A DNA stretch of 64,000 nucleotides, taken from contig CAVGRL010000006.1 in the NCBI GenBank assembly GCA_963631715.1, positions 6,794-70,793 on the forward strand, written 5' to 3'. This DNA is from Bacteroidaceae bacterium (GTDB taxonomy: Bacteria > Actinomycetota > Coriobacteriia > Coriobacteriales > Eggerthellaceae). Shown here piece after piece: positions 27,986-37,895 of this stretch. Position 1 is the first letter of the stretch, and each line of letters opens with the position of its first letter. The position numbers and the translations under genes are program-made. The notes below the pieces were generated by a model that searched no databases, was not told where the DNA came from, and saw nothing but the letters and a program-made list of their open reading frames with translations.

Positions 27986-29881
27986 TTAGTCGACCGACTG
28001 GCCCGTGATGAGTTTGCCGGCAACGCGGCCATGCGTAACGGCCATGCCAATCGAATTGCCGGAAAACGGCGTGGTGTACTGCAATCCATAGCGGCCGCCG
28101 AGCGTATTTCCGGCGCAGTACAGGCCTTCGATGGCATTGCCATCTTTATCGACGACCTGCAAATCGCCATTGGTCTCGAGGCCCGCCAGCGTAACCAAGC
28201 TTACCGACATGGTTCCGGTATTGCCGCCGAACCCGCCGCCTTTCGCCGTGCCGAAGCCATAGAAGGGAGCTTCTTCGATCGGGGTCATGAGGCACGCATC
28301 TTTGCCGAAATCGGTATCTTTGCCGGCATGGCACATCTCGTTGTAGTGCTCGATAGACGCGAGGAAGTTCTTCTTGCTCTGACCCTCGTAGCCCAGCATG
28401 TCGGCGAGCTTGTCGAGCGTGGAAGCCTTGTACACGGTAGATGCCATGCGCTCGGCGACGGTGCACATGCGCACAGTACCGCCCTCGGCATTGTCGACTT
28501 CGATGGCTTCCATGTCTTCTTCCATCTCGGTGAAGTATTCTTTTCGACCGAAGTTCGCGCAGCCATGGTCGAGCGAGGAGTATTTCAGCGTCTCGCGCCA
28601 ATTCTGGTCGGTAACGCCCGTGAAGCCACCGCGCGGCTGGCGCAAAGCCTCGGCCATGGAGTTGCCCGTGGCCGCTTCGTTCATGAAGCGGTTGCCTTCG
28701 GAATTCATCCACATGAACGGCGAAGAGCCCCACGGTCCCGATGCGCCGCCGCCGAAGCTCATGGCGCCACGGGGGCCCGCTTCGATAAAGCCACCAGCCC
28801 AGCAGCCCATTTTGTGGCCATCGCCCGTGCAATCGGTCTGACCCAGAAGCGAGCTTTCGTCAAGGCCGGCGCGCTCGTTGCGCTCGCGATACTCGGTCAA
28901 AAGGTTCCACGTCATGTCGGTATTCGCACCGAAGTCGCCCGTGCACAAGATAACGCCAAGGCTTGCGTTGTATTTCACGTAGCCGTCGGAGCCCTTCGCA
29001 ATGACGCCGGTCACTTTCCCGGAGTCGTCTTGCACGAGCACGGTAGCGGTCTGCTCGAAATGCCATTCGGCACCGAGCTCCTGGCTCTTCAGGATAGAGA
29101 ACTGCTGCACTTCGTCGAGACGCGAGAAAGCAGCCTCGCCCTCGTAGGGCTCGTGGTTGATGGTTCCCATGAATTGCACAACGCACGGCCACGTTTTGAA
29201 CCCGCCGCGATACAAGGGGTATTCGACCTCTCCATCAAGCACCAAGCCGGGCTGCTGAATGCAGATTTGGCTATCGGCAATGGGGCTTTCGTCGGAATTG
29301 TCGTAAGAAACGTTCTTGATGCGGCTATCGGGCCAGTTCACAAGGCCGACCATATGGTCGAACGTCTCGCCGGAGTTCGCCACGAACTTGCGGATGACTT
29401 CGGTGTTCACGCGGCCGCCGGCGCGCATGGCGAATTCCTCCACGATTTCGCCCTCGTCATAGGGGCCAAAACCTCGGTCGATGAGAAACTGGGAGTTCAC
29501 ATGCCCAATATCTTCGCCCTTTACCTTGCGCGAAGCCTCGGGAGACTTCTCGATAACGGCCACTTTCGCGCCGCCCTCAGCCGCGGCAAGCGCGGCCTGG
29601 ATGCCAGAGTTGCCGCCGCCGCATACGACGACGTCGCAATCGATGGTCTCGACGATGTCGGAATCGGCGATTTCAGGCTTTTCTCCCAGCCAGCTCGAAG
29701 TGCCGCCAACATAGCCGGAAGTGCTCTCTTGCGCAGCCGCCGTAGACGTGCTGCTCGATTTGGAGCTTGAGGATTGCGGCGAGCATGCCGCAAGCATCGA
29801 ACCCGCAAGAGCGCTCACGCCCACAAGGCCGGCGCCTTGCAGGAAATTGCGGCGAGAAACGCCGCTGTTTTGGTTTTCCAT
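27986..29881 (-). CDS. Tat-exported, probably lipid-anchored FAD-dependent reductase (fumarate reductase/flavocytochrome flavoprotein family)
   Basis: ATG 29881 follows GGAGGG. Twin-arginine motif SRRNFLQGAG, lipobox-like LAAC, dinucleotide fold DVVVCGGGNSGIQAALAAAEGGAKVAVIEK, and C-terminal GLYCAGN...GNS motif. Confidence 0.85.
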   Translation of the reverse strand: MENQNSGVSRRNFLQGAGLVGVSALAGSMLAACSPQSSSSKSSSTSTAAAQESTSGYVGGTSSWLGEKPEIADSDIVETIDCDVVVCGGGNSGIQAALAAAEGGAKVAVIEKSPEASRKVKGEDIGHVNSQFLIDRGFGPYDEGEIVEEFAMRAGGRVNTEVIRKFVANSGETFDHMVGLVNWPDSRIKNVSYDNSDESPIADSQICIQQPGLVLDGEVEYPLYRGGFKTWPCVVQFMGTINHEPYEGEAAFSRLDEVQQFSILKSQELGAEWHFEQTATVLVQDDSGKVTGVIAKGSDGYVKYNASLGVILCTGDFGANTDMTWNLLTEYRERNERAGLDESSLLGQTDCTGDGHKMGCWAGGFIEAGPRGAMSFGGGASGPWGSSPFMWMNSEGNRFMNEAATGNSMAEALRQPRGGFTGVTDQNWRETLKYSSLDHGCANFGRKEYFTEMEEDMEAIEVDNAEGGTVRMCTVAERMASTVYKASTLDKLADMLGYEGQSKKNFLASIEHYNEMCHAGKDTDFGKDACLMTPIEEAPFYGFGTAKGGGFGGNTGTMSVSLVTLAGLETNGDLQVVDKDGNAIEGLYCAGNTLGGRYGLQYTTPFSGNSIGMAVTHGRVAGKLITGQSVD

Positions 29882-30039
29882 GGTTCCCTCCATGCATTCA
29901 ACCCTTCTTCGCTCGGCATCGCATCCGGCGAAGCTTGCAAGGCAAAACATAGGGAAAACCGTCCGCGAACCCATCACCGCAAGCGGGTATTTCGCATAAC
30001 CCGAACCAGGTTATTTTTCGTTTTCGCAGGTGAAATGCG

Positions 30040-30906
30040 TTATCTAGCGTTTTTTGAATTAAAACCCTTGAATCGCGACGCGCCGCGCAAAATGCGCTCA
30101 TGCTGCCACATCGCCAAAACGGCAATCACGGCGGCAATCGCGAACAAGATGATGCTTTGCGTGTAGTCGCCCGACATAAGGCTATCGGCCCCGAACGTCG
30201 TAATAAGAACGCCTGGAATGCGGCCCACGTTGGAGAGCACAAGGAAATTGCGCATGCTCATGTTCGTGAGCGGAACCAGATAGGTGAACACGTCTTTGGG
30301 CATGCCCGGAATGAGGAACAAGATGAACACCATGACGTCGAGCTTTTCGGAATTCTCGAACGCTTCAAGCTTGCCCATCCATTTTTCGGGAATCATGGCG
30401 CGAACGAACGGAGCGCCGAGCTTGTGGACCACGACGAAAATAAGCGCGCTCGAAAATACCGCGCCCGCAATAATAACGACGGCGCCCAGCCACGGGCCAT
30501 ACATCATTCCCGCGGCGATTTGAACGACCTCGCCCGGAATGAAAGCGACCACGATTTGCAGGAATTGAAACGCCAGCAAGATGAACACGCCGCCAACACC
30601 GGCGTTGCGCACGTCGTTGACAAGGCGCTCAAGGCCATCGGGCTCGGTTATTTCGGCAATCCAAGGGGCAATAAGCACGCAAAGCACAGCCATAAGGACG
30701 AAAAACGCCGCCAAGCCGCCAAGCTTGAACAAATCGGCCTTGGTTAGGCGAGAGAGCCACGACTTTTCAGAAACGGGAACTTCGTATTTCTCTTCGAACT
30801 CCTCTTTTTTGGCTTCAAGCTTTTCATGGCGCTCGATGCGCTTTTCTTTAATCTCTTCTTTTTTCAAGGCGATTTTGCCCGTCATGCCTGAAGAATTCTG
30901 CGCCAT
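30040..30906 (-). CDS. TVP38/TMEM64 (DedA-related) family membrane protein
   Basis: From ATG 30906 (AAGGA upstream). A charged N-terminal helix is followed by about 5 TM segments with the VTT-domain-like core FIPGEVVQIAAGMMYG. Confidence 0.75.
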   Translation of the reverse strand: MAQNSSGMTGKIALKKEEIKEKRIERHEKLEAKKEEFEEKYEVPVSEKSWLSRLTKADLFKLGGLAAFFVLMAVLCVLIAPWIAEITEPDGLERLVNDVRNAGVGGVFILLAFQFLQIVVAFIPGEVVQIAAGMMYGPWLGAVVIIAGAVFSSALIFVVVHKLGAPFVRAMIPEKWMGKLEAFENSEKLDVMVFILFLIPGMPKDVFTYLVPLTNMSMRNFLVLSNVGRIPGVLITTFGADSLMSGDYTQSIILFAIAAVIAVLAMWQHERILRGASRFKGFNSKNAR

Positions 30907-31052
30907 GCCATGTTCCTTTGCCATTGCCAAGAGGCGTCCACCCCGAGCGCCCAGAGCTATTGTGATGCAACAATCGCGCAAACGGGCCGGCGATTTCCAA
31001 CATCACCGGCCCGGCGCTAAATCGTTAGATTGGCGTAATATTCGACGCGGGG

Positions 31053-31964
31053 CTATTCCCCTTTCGAGGCTTTTTCGAATTCGCTTTTGAACGCCGCGAA
31101 CATGCCTCCTATGCCGGATTCGTTTTCCGACTCGGCCTCTTCGTCCTCTTCGGACTCATCGCCGTTGGCGGCTTTGTTGAACTCGTCTTTGAAGGAAGCG
31201 AATGCGTCTTTGGTCGCGCTCACCTGGCGGCCAAGCCCTTCGGCGCCTTCTTTGACCGCGGCGCTCGCCGCAGCTGTAGCCGTTTCGACCTTCGGCTTTG
31301 CGGCTTCGGCGGCTTCTTTCGCCCGAGCAGTGGCTTTTGCGGTAAACGCCCCGGCAGCTTCGGCCCAGCCGCCCTCGGGGGAAAGCTCCCACACGTCATC
31401 GGATACCAAAATCGCGCCCTTGAAAACGACCTCTTCTCCCGATTCGCGGGAATCCTGTTTGACCGCCAAATCGGCGCCCATGCCACGCTTGAATCCCTTG
31501 ATGTACTCAGCAGGAACCTCAAGCGTTCCCAACAGCAGCTTAGCGGCGGCGCCATTGTGCGCTTCGATGGCCTCGACTCGGCCCGATTCGATGTCGAACG
31601 TAATGTTGTTCACATACCCAATGGCCACTCCGCCCGCCGTCATGACAGGAAGCCCGCCCCATATCACGCACGCATCCCAATCGATTCCCATCGATCGGCA
31701 CACAGCAGGACCTGAAGTAGAGGCATCGGGCTTGATCCGAATGCGACCGTCGACGAAATCGAAGCCGTCAAGCCCAACAAAAATGTCTTTGCGATGGAAC
31801 ATCCACAAAAGGTCGGGGCGTTTCACCATGAATCCAATGCAGCGACGCTCGGAAGGATGAAAAACGCACGACTTCACTTTGCCGATGCGCTTCGTTCCCT
31901 TTTTACCGCCAACGACGCGCAGTTTACGAATATCGTGGCTGGTCACCAATTTCATTCGGGCCAT
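31053..31964 (-). CDS. PRC-barrel-like domain protein with an Ala/Glu-rich C-terminal tail
   Basis: Two segments resemble PRC barrels (VVGGKKGTKRIGKVKSCVF...; GLPVMTAGGVAIGYVNNITFDIESGRVEAIE). Recognition is weak. Confidence 0.5.
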   Translation of the reverse strand: MARMKLVTSHDIRKLRVVGGKKGTKRIGKVKSCVFHPSERRCIGFMVKRPDLLWMFHRKDIFVGLDGFDFVDGRIRIKPDASTSGPAVCRSMGIDWDACVIWGGLPVMTAGGVAIGYVNNITFDIESGRVEAIEAHNGAAAKLLLGTLEVPAEYIKGFKRGMGADLAVKQDSRESGEEVVFKGAILVSDDVWELSPEGGWAEAAGAFTAKATARAKEAAEAAKPKVETATAAASAAVKEGAEGLGRQVSATKDAFASFKDEFNKAANGDESEEDEEAESENESGIGGMFAAFKSEFEKASKGE

Positions 31965-32035
31965 CGCAAATCCCTTTCCCAATAAAAGGGCCGACACATG
32001 GCCGGCCCCTTACAACGCTCGTTTTGCGCCGCTTC

Positions 32036-32665
32036 CTATTCGGCTGCTTTTTCCGCAGCTTCCTCGGCAGGCTCTTCAGCGGCAGGCTCGCTCGCTTCGG
32101 CAGCAACCTCTTCGGCGACCTCTTCGACAACCTCTTCGGCAGCCTCGCTCACAACGACCTCTTCAGCAACGGCGTCTGCCGCGCCCTCGGTAGCCTTCAC
32201 GGCATTTTTAGCGACCTGGGCCGCAATGCGTTCGCGAGCCGCATCAATCTTGGCACGCAGCTCGTCGTTTTTCTCGGCGAAGATGGGCTTCACGCCTTCG
32301 GCCTTATCGTGAACGCGACCGGCAACGATCTGAGCGCCCTGCGCCACGGCCTCGGCGGCCTGCTTGCTGCGATCAGATGCCACGCTATAGGCGGCCTGAG
32401 CGCCGCTTGCAACATTGGTGTAAGCGGCCTGGGCGCCAGCGGCAGCCTTGCCGCAAGCCTCCTGGGCGCCAGCGGCGGCCTGACCGCAGAACTGCTGCGC
32501 ATCGCTTGCCGCTTGAGTGCCCAAGCCTTGGGCCTTGCCCCATGCGAGTTGAGCCTTGTCGGCGACCAAAGCGCGCGTTTCAACACCCGCCCGGGGAGCG
32601 TAGAGCAACGCAACTCCCACGCCGACTAGGCTACCTGCCAAAAACATTCCGAGTTTGTTGCTCAT
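32036..32665 (-). CDS. YtxH domain protein (general-stress-like, Ala-rich repeats, acidic tail)
   Basis: ATG 32665 lies 5 nt after AAGGAGG. N-terminus MSNKLGMFLAGSLVGVGVALLYAPRAGVETR is the YtxH signature. Confidence 0.7.
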   Translation of the reverse strand: MSNKLGMFLAGSLVGVGVALLYAPRAGVETRALVADKAQLAWGKAQGLGTQAASDAQQFCGQAAAGAQEACGKAAAGAQAAYTNVASGAQAAYSVASDRSKQAAEAVAQGAQIVAGRVHDKAEGVKPIFAEKNDELRAKIDAARERIAAQVAKNAVKATEGAADAVAEEVVVSEAAEEVVEEVAEEVAAEASEPAAEEPAEEAAEKAAE

Positions 32666-32812
32666 GTCAGCCTCCTTGGATATGCGCCCGCCGACGCCTG
32701 ATTCCTTTTTTGCGGTGCCTTGCATTATAGGAGAAAAAAATCTCCACATTCACAGCGCGTTGCCATTATGTTGAAGCCGAAACAAAATAGTTGATTAGAG
32801 AAAACGACCGAA

Positions 32813-33919
32813 CTACCCGAAAATAAAGCCTGTAGCCTGGTTGAAATACATGAAATGAAGCATGGCGCAAAAACCGTACACGCCCGCCAAGAACCAAAAT
32901 GCCGCGTCGACCAAGATTTTGGGAAGCTTTCGTATCCCCTTGTCCATAAGCGGATACACCACCCACACGATAAGCGTCGCCGCGATGGAATACGCCATGG
33001 AATTCTGCAGGCACACCTGGCCCATGAAATTGAAAGGCAGAGCGCGGTAATCCCATAGGTGATAGTCGTAGTTCGCGGTAATACCCGTGAAAAAGTCGAT
33101 CGAGGTGCACACGGCCGCATTCGCAAGAAAACTCACGCCAACCGCAACCGCGACGTGCTTGCATTTCCCCAAAATCCACCTGCTGAAAGGATGCAACACC
33201 AACACGATCATCACCAAGGCGATGCCTTCGGCGGAAAACGGGAACAGCCATTGGTTCCACAGCATCACGTTGCTGGGGTCGTAATCGCCCATCACCAAGC
33301 CGAAACGAATAAGCCAGCAAAAGCCGATTTCGGCCCAATGCCCCAAAAAGGAGAAGGCAAAGAAATAGATAAGCAGGTCGCGCCAGAATTCCCATGCGCG
33401 AAGGCGCTTGCCCAAAGGAAGCTCCCACGTATGACCGCCCGCGATTTCAGCATAATCATAACCGCAAGAAAGAGCCGAACGCGCGCGAGAAGAACCATGC
33501 AGGTAGACAATCGAGGCAAGCGCGCAGATGGCCTGTAGCCAAAATCCCGTATAGGCTGCGGTATCACCAATCACGTTTGCAAGCGACGCTATGGCGTCGT
33601 TGACGAAAAAATCCCCTACCAACAGCGCGTTGATAATGCAAATCGCGCTTTCGCATACGAGCCGGGCGCGACGGGAGCGAACTTGGATAATCCAAACGCA
33701 CACTGCCGAAGCGCCGCAGACGTAAAGGCCCAAAAGCATCGTCAAATCGTAGCTGAAGCCATTCGGGTTCAAATAGCCTGCGAGCGCCAGACATGAAAGC
33801 AGCATGCATGCGAAGTAGGCCTGCACCAACCGCACCCCAAGAGGCAGGCGCGGCAAATCTTTATGGCCAAAAGGCACGTAAGGCTGAGGGTTTTCAATAT
33901 GCGGAATATGCAGAGCCAT
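32813..33919 (-). CDS. Polytopic membrane protein, 'putative ABC-transporter type IV' (CmpB/DUF1113-like) family
   Basis: FSFLGHWAEIGFCWLIR ... HLWDYRALPFNFMGQVCLQNS. Paralogous to the next gene. Confidence 0.6.
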   Translation of the reverse strand: MALHIPHIENPQPYVPFGHKDLPRLPLGVRLVQAYFACMLLSCLALAGYLNPNGFSYDLTMLLGLYVCGASAVCVWIIQVRSRRARLVCESAICIINALLVGDFFVNDAIASLANVIGDTAAYTGFWLQAICALASIVYLHGSSRARSALSCGYDYAEIAGGHTWELPLGKRLRAWEFWRDLLIYFFAFSFLGHWAEIGFCWLIRFGLVMGDYDPSNVMLWNQWLFPFSAEGIALVMIVLVLHPFSRWILGKCKHVAVAVGVSFLANAAVCTSIDFFTGITANYDYHLWDYRALPFNFMGQVCLQNSMAYSIAATLIVWVVYPLMDKGIRKLPKILVDAAFWFLAGVYGFCAMLHFMYFNQATGFIFG

Positions 33920-33946
33920 TGCCGTTCAGCCTTTCCCGATTCGTAA

Positions 33947-35260
33947 TTATTCGTCGCCGTCGGCTCCCGCGAGCGTAACGCCTTTCTCCTGAAGGGCGAT
34001 CAGCTTGTCGAGCTCGCCTTGGTAGTAGGCACGATCGTCCTCGTCGAGGCTATCGCTGGCGAGCACTTCTTCAAGCTGTTGCTTGTAGGGTATGGGAGGG
34101 TCGACCAAATAGAGCGCCTGAGGAATGGAGTACGCCGCCAAAACGATAACAAACACAAGGTTCATCACGTTTTTGGGAATCTTGGCGAAAAGCCGCTCGA
34201 GCAAAGGATAGACAATCCAGCAAATGATGGAAGCCGCGAGGGCAAAGCCGAGGCCGTTTTGCAGGCAGATCATGCCATTGAGATTGAACGGCATGTTCGA
34301 GTAGTCCCACAGTTGCAAATCGGCGTTGACGAACATGCCCATCACATACTCGATGGTCACGCACACGATGCCGTTGATGACGAAACTGACGGCATAAGCA
34401 ACGCCCGGCACCTTGATATGGTCGCGCAGCTTCACGAAAAGGGGGTAGAGCAAAACAGCGATAATGGCAACGGCAAGCCCCTCCATGGGGAAGGGATAGA
34501 ACCAATCGCGCCACAGCATGGTATTGTTCAAGTCGATTTCGCCTTGAACGAGCCCCATGCGAATGAGCATGCAGAAGCCCGACTCCATCCAATGGCCCGC
34601 CAGCGAGAAAAAGCAATAATAGATGGCGATGTTGCGCCAAAATACCCACGAGCGACGATTGATCTTCAGCTCTTCGTATTCGCCGAGCGCCGAATCGCGG
34701 TCGATGCCGAACGGCTCCGTCAAATAGGCCTTGGTTTTCTTCGAGCGCCAGAAATAGAAGAACAAAACGACGTCGAAAATGGAAAGGATGACGAAAAATA
34801 TGGCCGTCAAAGCAAAATCCGGCGAGCCATCAACCACAATGACCGAAGATTTATCGAAGAAAACGAACGTGCGCAAGAATCCAACGGTGATATTGAACGC
34901 GGAAAAGCACATAACGAAGTGGCGCGTCGCTTTAAAACGGCACCACAGCATCCACAGGGCGACCATTTCAAATACGATATTGAGCCAGTCGACCAATTGC
35001 GCCGAAGAATAATCAACCAGGTCGCGCGAGGTAAACACCAAGTTCGCGATGGTGAGCACGAAGTTGATCACGAAAATGACCATAAGGAAAACCATGAATT
35101 TCGGCATTTTCGGCCTGGCTTGTTTCTTGGCTTTCTTAAGCGCCTTTTTTGCAGCTTTGTCGCTTACACCAGGCGCATTTTCGACCGAAACGTCAGACGA
35201 AGGTTCGTCACCCTCGGCATCGTTGAGGGCGGCCGGCTGTTCCGTAGCCTTTTCGGACAT
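33947..35260 (-). CDS. Polytopic membrane protein of the same CmpB/DUF1113-like family, with an N-terminal extension
   Basis: FSLAGHWMESGFCMLIR ... QLWDYSNMPFNLNGMICLQNG. ATG 35260 lies 5 nt after GGGAG (the track start at 35272 is a TTG). Confidence 0.6.
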   Translation of the reverse strand: MSEKATEQPAALNDAEGDEPSSDVSVENAPGVSDKAAKKALKKAKKQARPKMPKFMVFLMVIFVINFVLTIANLVFTSRDLVDYSSAQLVDWLNIVFEMVALWMLWCRFKATRHFVMCFSAFNITVGFLRTFVFFDKSSVIVVDGSPDFALTAIFFVILSIFDVVLFFYFWRSKKTKAYLTEPFGIDRDSALGEYEELKINRRSWVFWRNIAIYYCFFSLAGHWMESGFCMLIRMGLVQGEIDLNNTMLWRDWFYPFPMEGLAVAIIAVLLYPLFVKLRDHIKVPGVAYAVSFVINGIVCVTIEYVMGMFVNADLQLWDYSNMPFNLNGMICLQNGLGFALAASIICWIVYPLLERLFAKIPKNVMNLVFVIVLAAYSIPQALYLVDPPIPYKQQLEEVLASDSLDEDDRAYYQGELDKLIALQEKGVTLAGADGDE

Positions 35261-35515
35261 GCTAACTCCCAAATGTCGTATTTCGCTGTTGCTTTTTCAA
35301 CCTAGGAAAACGACGATTAAAACCGCCCGAGCCCATGCAAGGTTCGGCAAACGCGCGAAAGAAACGAAGGGCCGCATAAGCAAGCAAATTCCGAACCTTT
35401 GGCACATCGCCGCACGTAAACGGACTGGCGAAATTAATCGGCGTTTTTTTGGATTATAGCCGAAGCCGTTATATCGCCACGAAATCCCGATGCATTCAAG
35501 ACGCGAAGCGTTTTC

Positions 35516-35995
35516 TTATCGTTGGCACTCCCTGGCAAGCAGTGCATCGTTAAGCTCGCGTTGCGCCACGGCGAGCGCCTGGCGAGCCACGCCCTCATCA
35601 ACATAGCTCACTTGCACGCACGCCTCGCGCTTTTCTCGGCTGGTCCACGCCGTCTTGCCCACAAAGGTCACTTCTTGCGAGTCGTTATCGAGGCGCGCCT
35701 GCTCGTCAATCGCCAAATGCTCGAACAAATGCGCGACCGACGTATGCGCAGCCACACTCATGAACGTCTCGCCCCGATTATTGACACACGTGTGCGACAA
35801 GATGGTGGGAAACCGCGAAAGCAAGCTGGCGACAAGGCCCACAGAGCTAAAGCAGAAGCATTCTTCGGAAATAGAAACGTGCACAAGCAGGCGATCGGGG
35901 CGAACGTCGATGTTATCTATGCGAAAGGCCCACCCTTGCGCGGGAGGCTCGACGCCTGCCTTTTCCGAAGAAGCTCGCCCTCCAAAGAAGCCCAT
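35516..35995 (-). CDS. Hypothetical protein, weakly reminiscent of the cyanophycin synthetase N-terminal domain
   Basis: 159 aa. The pattern SHTCVNNRGETF...AHTSVAHLFEHLAIDEQ...VQVSYVDEGVARQA resembles that domain from memory only. It starts 3 nt after the upstream stop. Confidence 0.45.
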   Translation of the reverse strand: MGFFGGRASSEKAGVEPPAQGWAFRIDNIDVRPDRLLVHVSISEECFCFSSVGLVASLLSRFPTILSHTCVNNRGETFMSVAAHTSVAHLFEHLAIDEQARLDNDSQEVTFVGKTAWTSREKREACVQVSYVDEGVARQALAVAQRELNDALLARECQR

Positions 35996-35998
35996 CGG

Positions 35999-37048
35999 CT
36001 ATTCGCTTAATGCATCGGAAAGGGACGCAGAGCCCGGAGCAACCGCATTTGACCCCGTGGTCGATTCGCCCGAGGTAGACTCCAGGGCAGCGGAAACCTC
36101 TGCCTGTTGAGCCTCATCATCGGTGGAATCGGCGGCCGAGGACGAGTCGGCAGAGACGTCGGTCGGCTCGCTTTCGCCTTCCGCCACAGAAGCGCTTTCC
36201 GCGCTACTCGACTGCTGGCTCCCTTGCGCAGAGCTATCGACGGAAGAAGATGCAGCGCGGGAGAAAACGGTCTGTGAGCCATCGAGCTCGGTAATCGTAA
36301 ACGTCGATCGGTCTTCCGAGAACTCATATGAGCCGCCACCGGAAAGTTCGCCGAACGAGAACGAGATGGTTTTCTCTCGCGTATCAATCGTGTATGCGAA
36401 GTCAATCGAATCGGGCATATGGATAGCTTCGGCGTCGATGGTCACGCTCACCGCAGGATTGCCCGTAGTCCATTCCCCTTGGATATCGGCAGCATCATCG
36501 TAGCGAAACCAAGCATTCCACGCCCATACGCCCACAATCACAGCCGCGATCACGGCAGTCGCAGCAAGAACGGCCCCAACAGCCAGAAAAACCTTCTTTC
36601 GGGTGCTTTTCGCCGAGCGTTTTGGCCGCTCCCCTGTTGCGAGCTCCGGCCCGCCTTCCGCCACCGGCTTCGGGCGCCTTGCCTTCTTTCCTCGCAAAGA
36701 AGAGCGTCCATCTGACGGGACCGTTGCTGCATCGCTTTGGGAATCGAAAGCGCCCATGCCACGGTTCGCCGGTGCCGGAGCAACCTTCGGAGCGGCCGCC
36801 TTTCGTTTCGCCTCTTTTTTCCTGCGCGATGCCGCCGACGCCTTTCGTCCCAGCAGTGCACCCGCAGTCGATTCGGCATCGGGGACGTCATCGCCCAAAT
36901 CGAACGAATCGGCCGGTTCAAGAAGTTCTGAGTCTTGCGGCTTGGCAGGGCGCGATGCGGCCACACGCATATTGGCGACCGAGGGACGCGACATAGGTTG
37001 CTTCGGCTTATCTGTGCGCGGCTTCGGCATCCCTAGAGCGCCTCCCAT
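35999..37048 (-). CDS. Hypothetical single-TM protein with a basic low-complexity N-terminus and Ser-rich acidic C-terminus
   Basis: TM helix VFLAVGAVLAATAVIAAVIVGVWAW. Start uncertain: ATG 37048 (GAAGGAAAG upstream) or ATG 37030. The track start at 37102 overlaps the upstream gene. Confidence 0.45.
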   Translation of the reverse strand: MGGALGMPKPRTDKPKQPMSRPSVANMRVAASRPAKPQDSELLEPADSFDLGDDVPDAESTAGALLGRKASAASRRKKEAKRKAAAPKVAPAPANRGMGAFDSQSDAATVPSDGRSSLRGKKARRPKPVAEGGPELATGERPKRSAKSTRKKVFLAVGAVLAATAVIAAVIVGVWAWNAWFRYDDAADIQGEWTTGNPAVSVTIDAEAIHMPDSIDFAYTIDTREKTISFSFGELSGGGSYEFSEDRSTFTITELDGSQTVFSRAASSSVDSSAQGSQQSSSAESASVAEGESEPTDVSADSSSAADSTDDEAQQAEVSAALESTSGESTTGSNAVAPGSASLSDALSE

Positions 37049-37058
37049 CTTTCCTTCG

Positions 37059-37877
37059 TCATGCAGACCACGCAGCCCCGAAAAGCGTTGCCTTGTTCGC
37101 ATCGCTCAACGTCCACGCGCCATCCTCCTGCGCCACCGTCAGCAGCACACGCGTAGTGCGCGACTCTTGTCCATCGAAAGCGTCGAGGAAAGCCTCTTTC
37201 AGCGTATCGAGGTACGTCTGCTCGTCGTCGCACTCCAATGCGGCGCCGGCAACCGACCGCGAAAACGTTTCCACCGCAGCCGATATGCTCTTCGAGGACA
37301 CATCGACATCAACCCAAGCCGTGCCGTTATACACATCGATTCGAGCGATCGAAAATTCGAGCCCGGAGCGCAAACGGGGCGAAAGGTCGTCGGCAGTCAC
37401 GCCAAGATCGGCGAACGTGTAGCTTTCTTCCGCCACACCCGCATCGTAGGCTTCCATAAACGATTCCGCGCATGCACGAAATTGGCCATCCTCGTCGTTC
37501 GCTAGGAAATCGAGCGAATTTTTGATGTCGGCCTTCGCTTCTTTTTCCGCCGTATCGTCTTTGCTGGACGACTGGCCCGACGCGCCCGACGAAGAATCGG
37601 ACAGGCGAGTGTCGGCAGGCTTCGATTGCGCCATATCCATGGCGCTCATCGCGCCATAGGCGCCAAGAACCACAACAAGCGCCGCCGCGATCGCAACAAT
37701 CGTAGATCGCGAAACCCTCCGCTTTTTGCCTTCGGGCGAATCGGCCTTGCGAGCATGCGCTTCGCCAGCGATGCTCGCCCCAGGCTCGCCCGCCGGCTCT
37801 TGCTCCAAAATAATTTCGGGCGCCGGCGGGGGCGTAGGCGGAAGGTCTGCGCGAATATCTCGTGGGGAATCGCTCAT
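37059..37877 (-). CDS. Hypothetical single-TM-anchored extracytoplasmic protein
   Basis: Pro-rich N-terminus, TM helix IVAIAAALVVVLGAYGAMSAM, then a globular region of about 170 aa. It starts 18 nt after the serS stop. Confidence 0.5.
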   Translation of the reverse strand: MSDSPRDIRADLPPTPPPAPEIILEQEPAGEPGASIAGEAHARKADSPEGKKRRVSRSTIVAIAAALVVVLGAYGAMSAMDMAQSKPADTRLSDSSSGASGQSSSKDDTAEKEAKADIKNSLDFLANDEDGQFRACAESFMEAYDAGVAEESYTFADLGVTADDLSPRLRSGLEFSIARIDVYNGTAWVDVDVSSKSISAAVETFSRSVAGAALECDDEQTYLDTLKEAFLDAFDGQESRTTRVLLTVAQEDGAWTLSDANKATLFGAAWSA

Positions 37878-37895
37878 CGGCGTGAGTTGTAGCGC

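Noticed and set aside
27914-29770. 618-aa plus-strand ORF.
   Set aside because: It is antisense to the reductase gene 27986..29881, which carries the Tat motif and GxGxxG fold. The ORF has low-complexity Ala/Arg/Gly composition.
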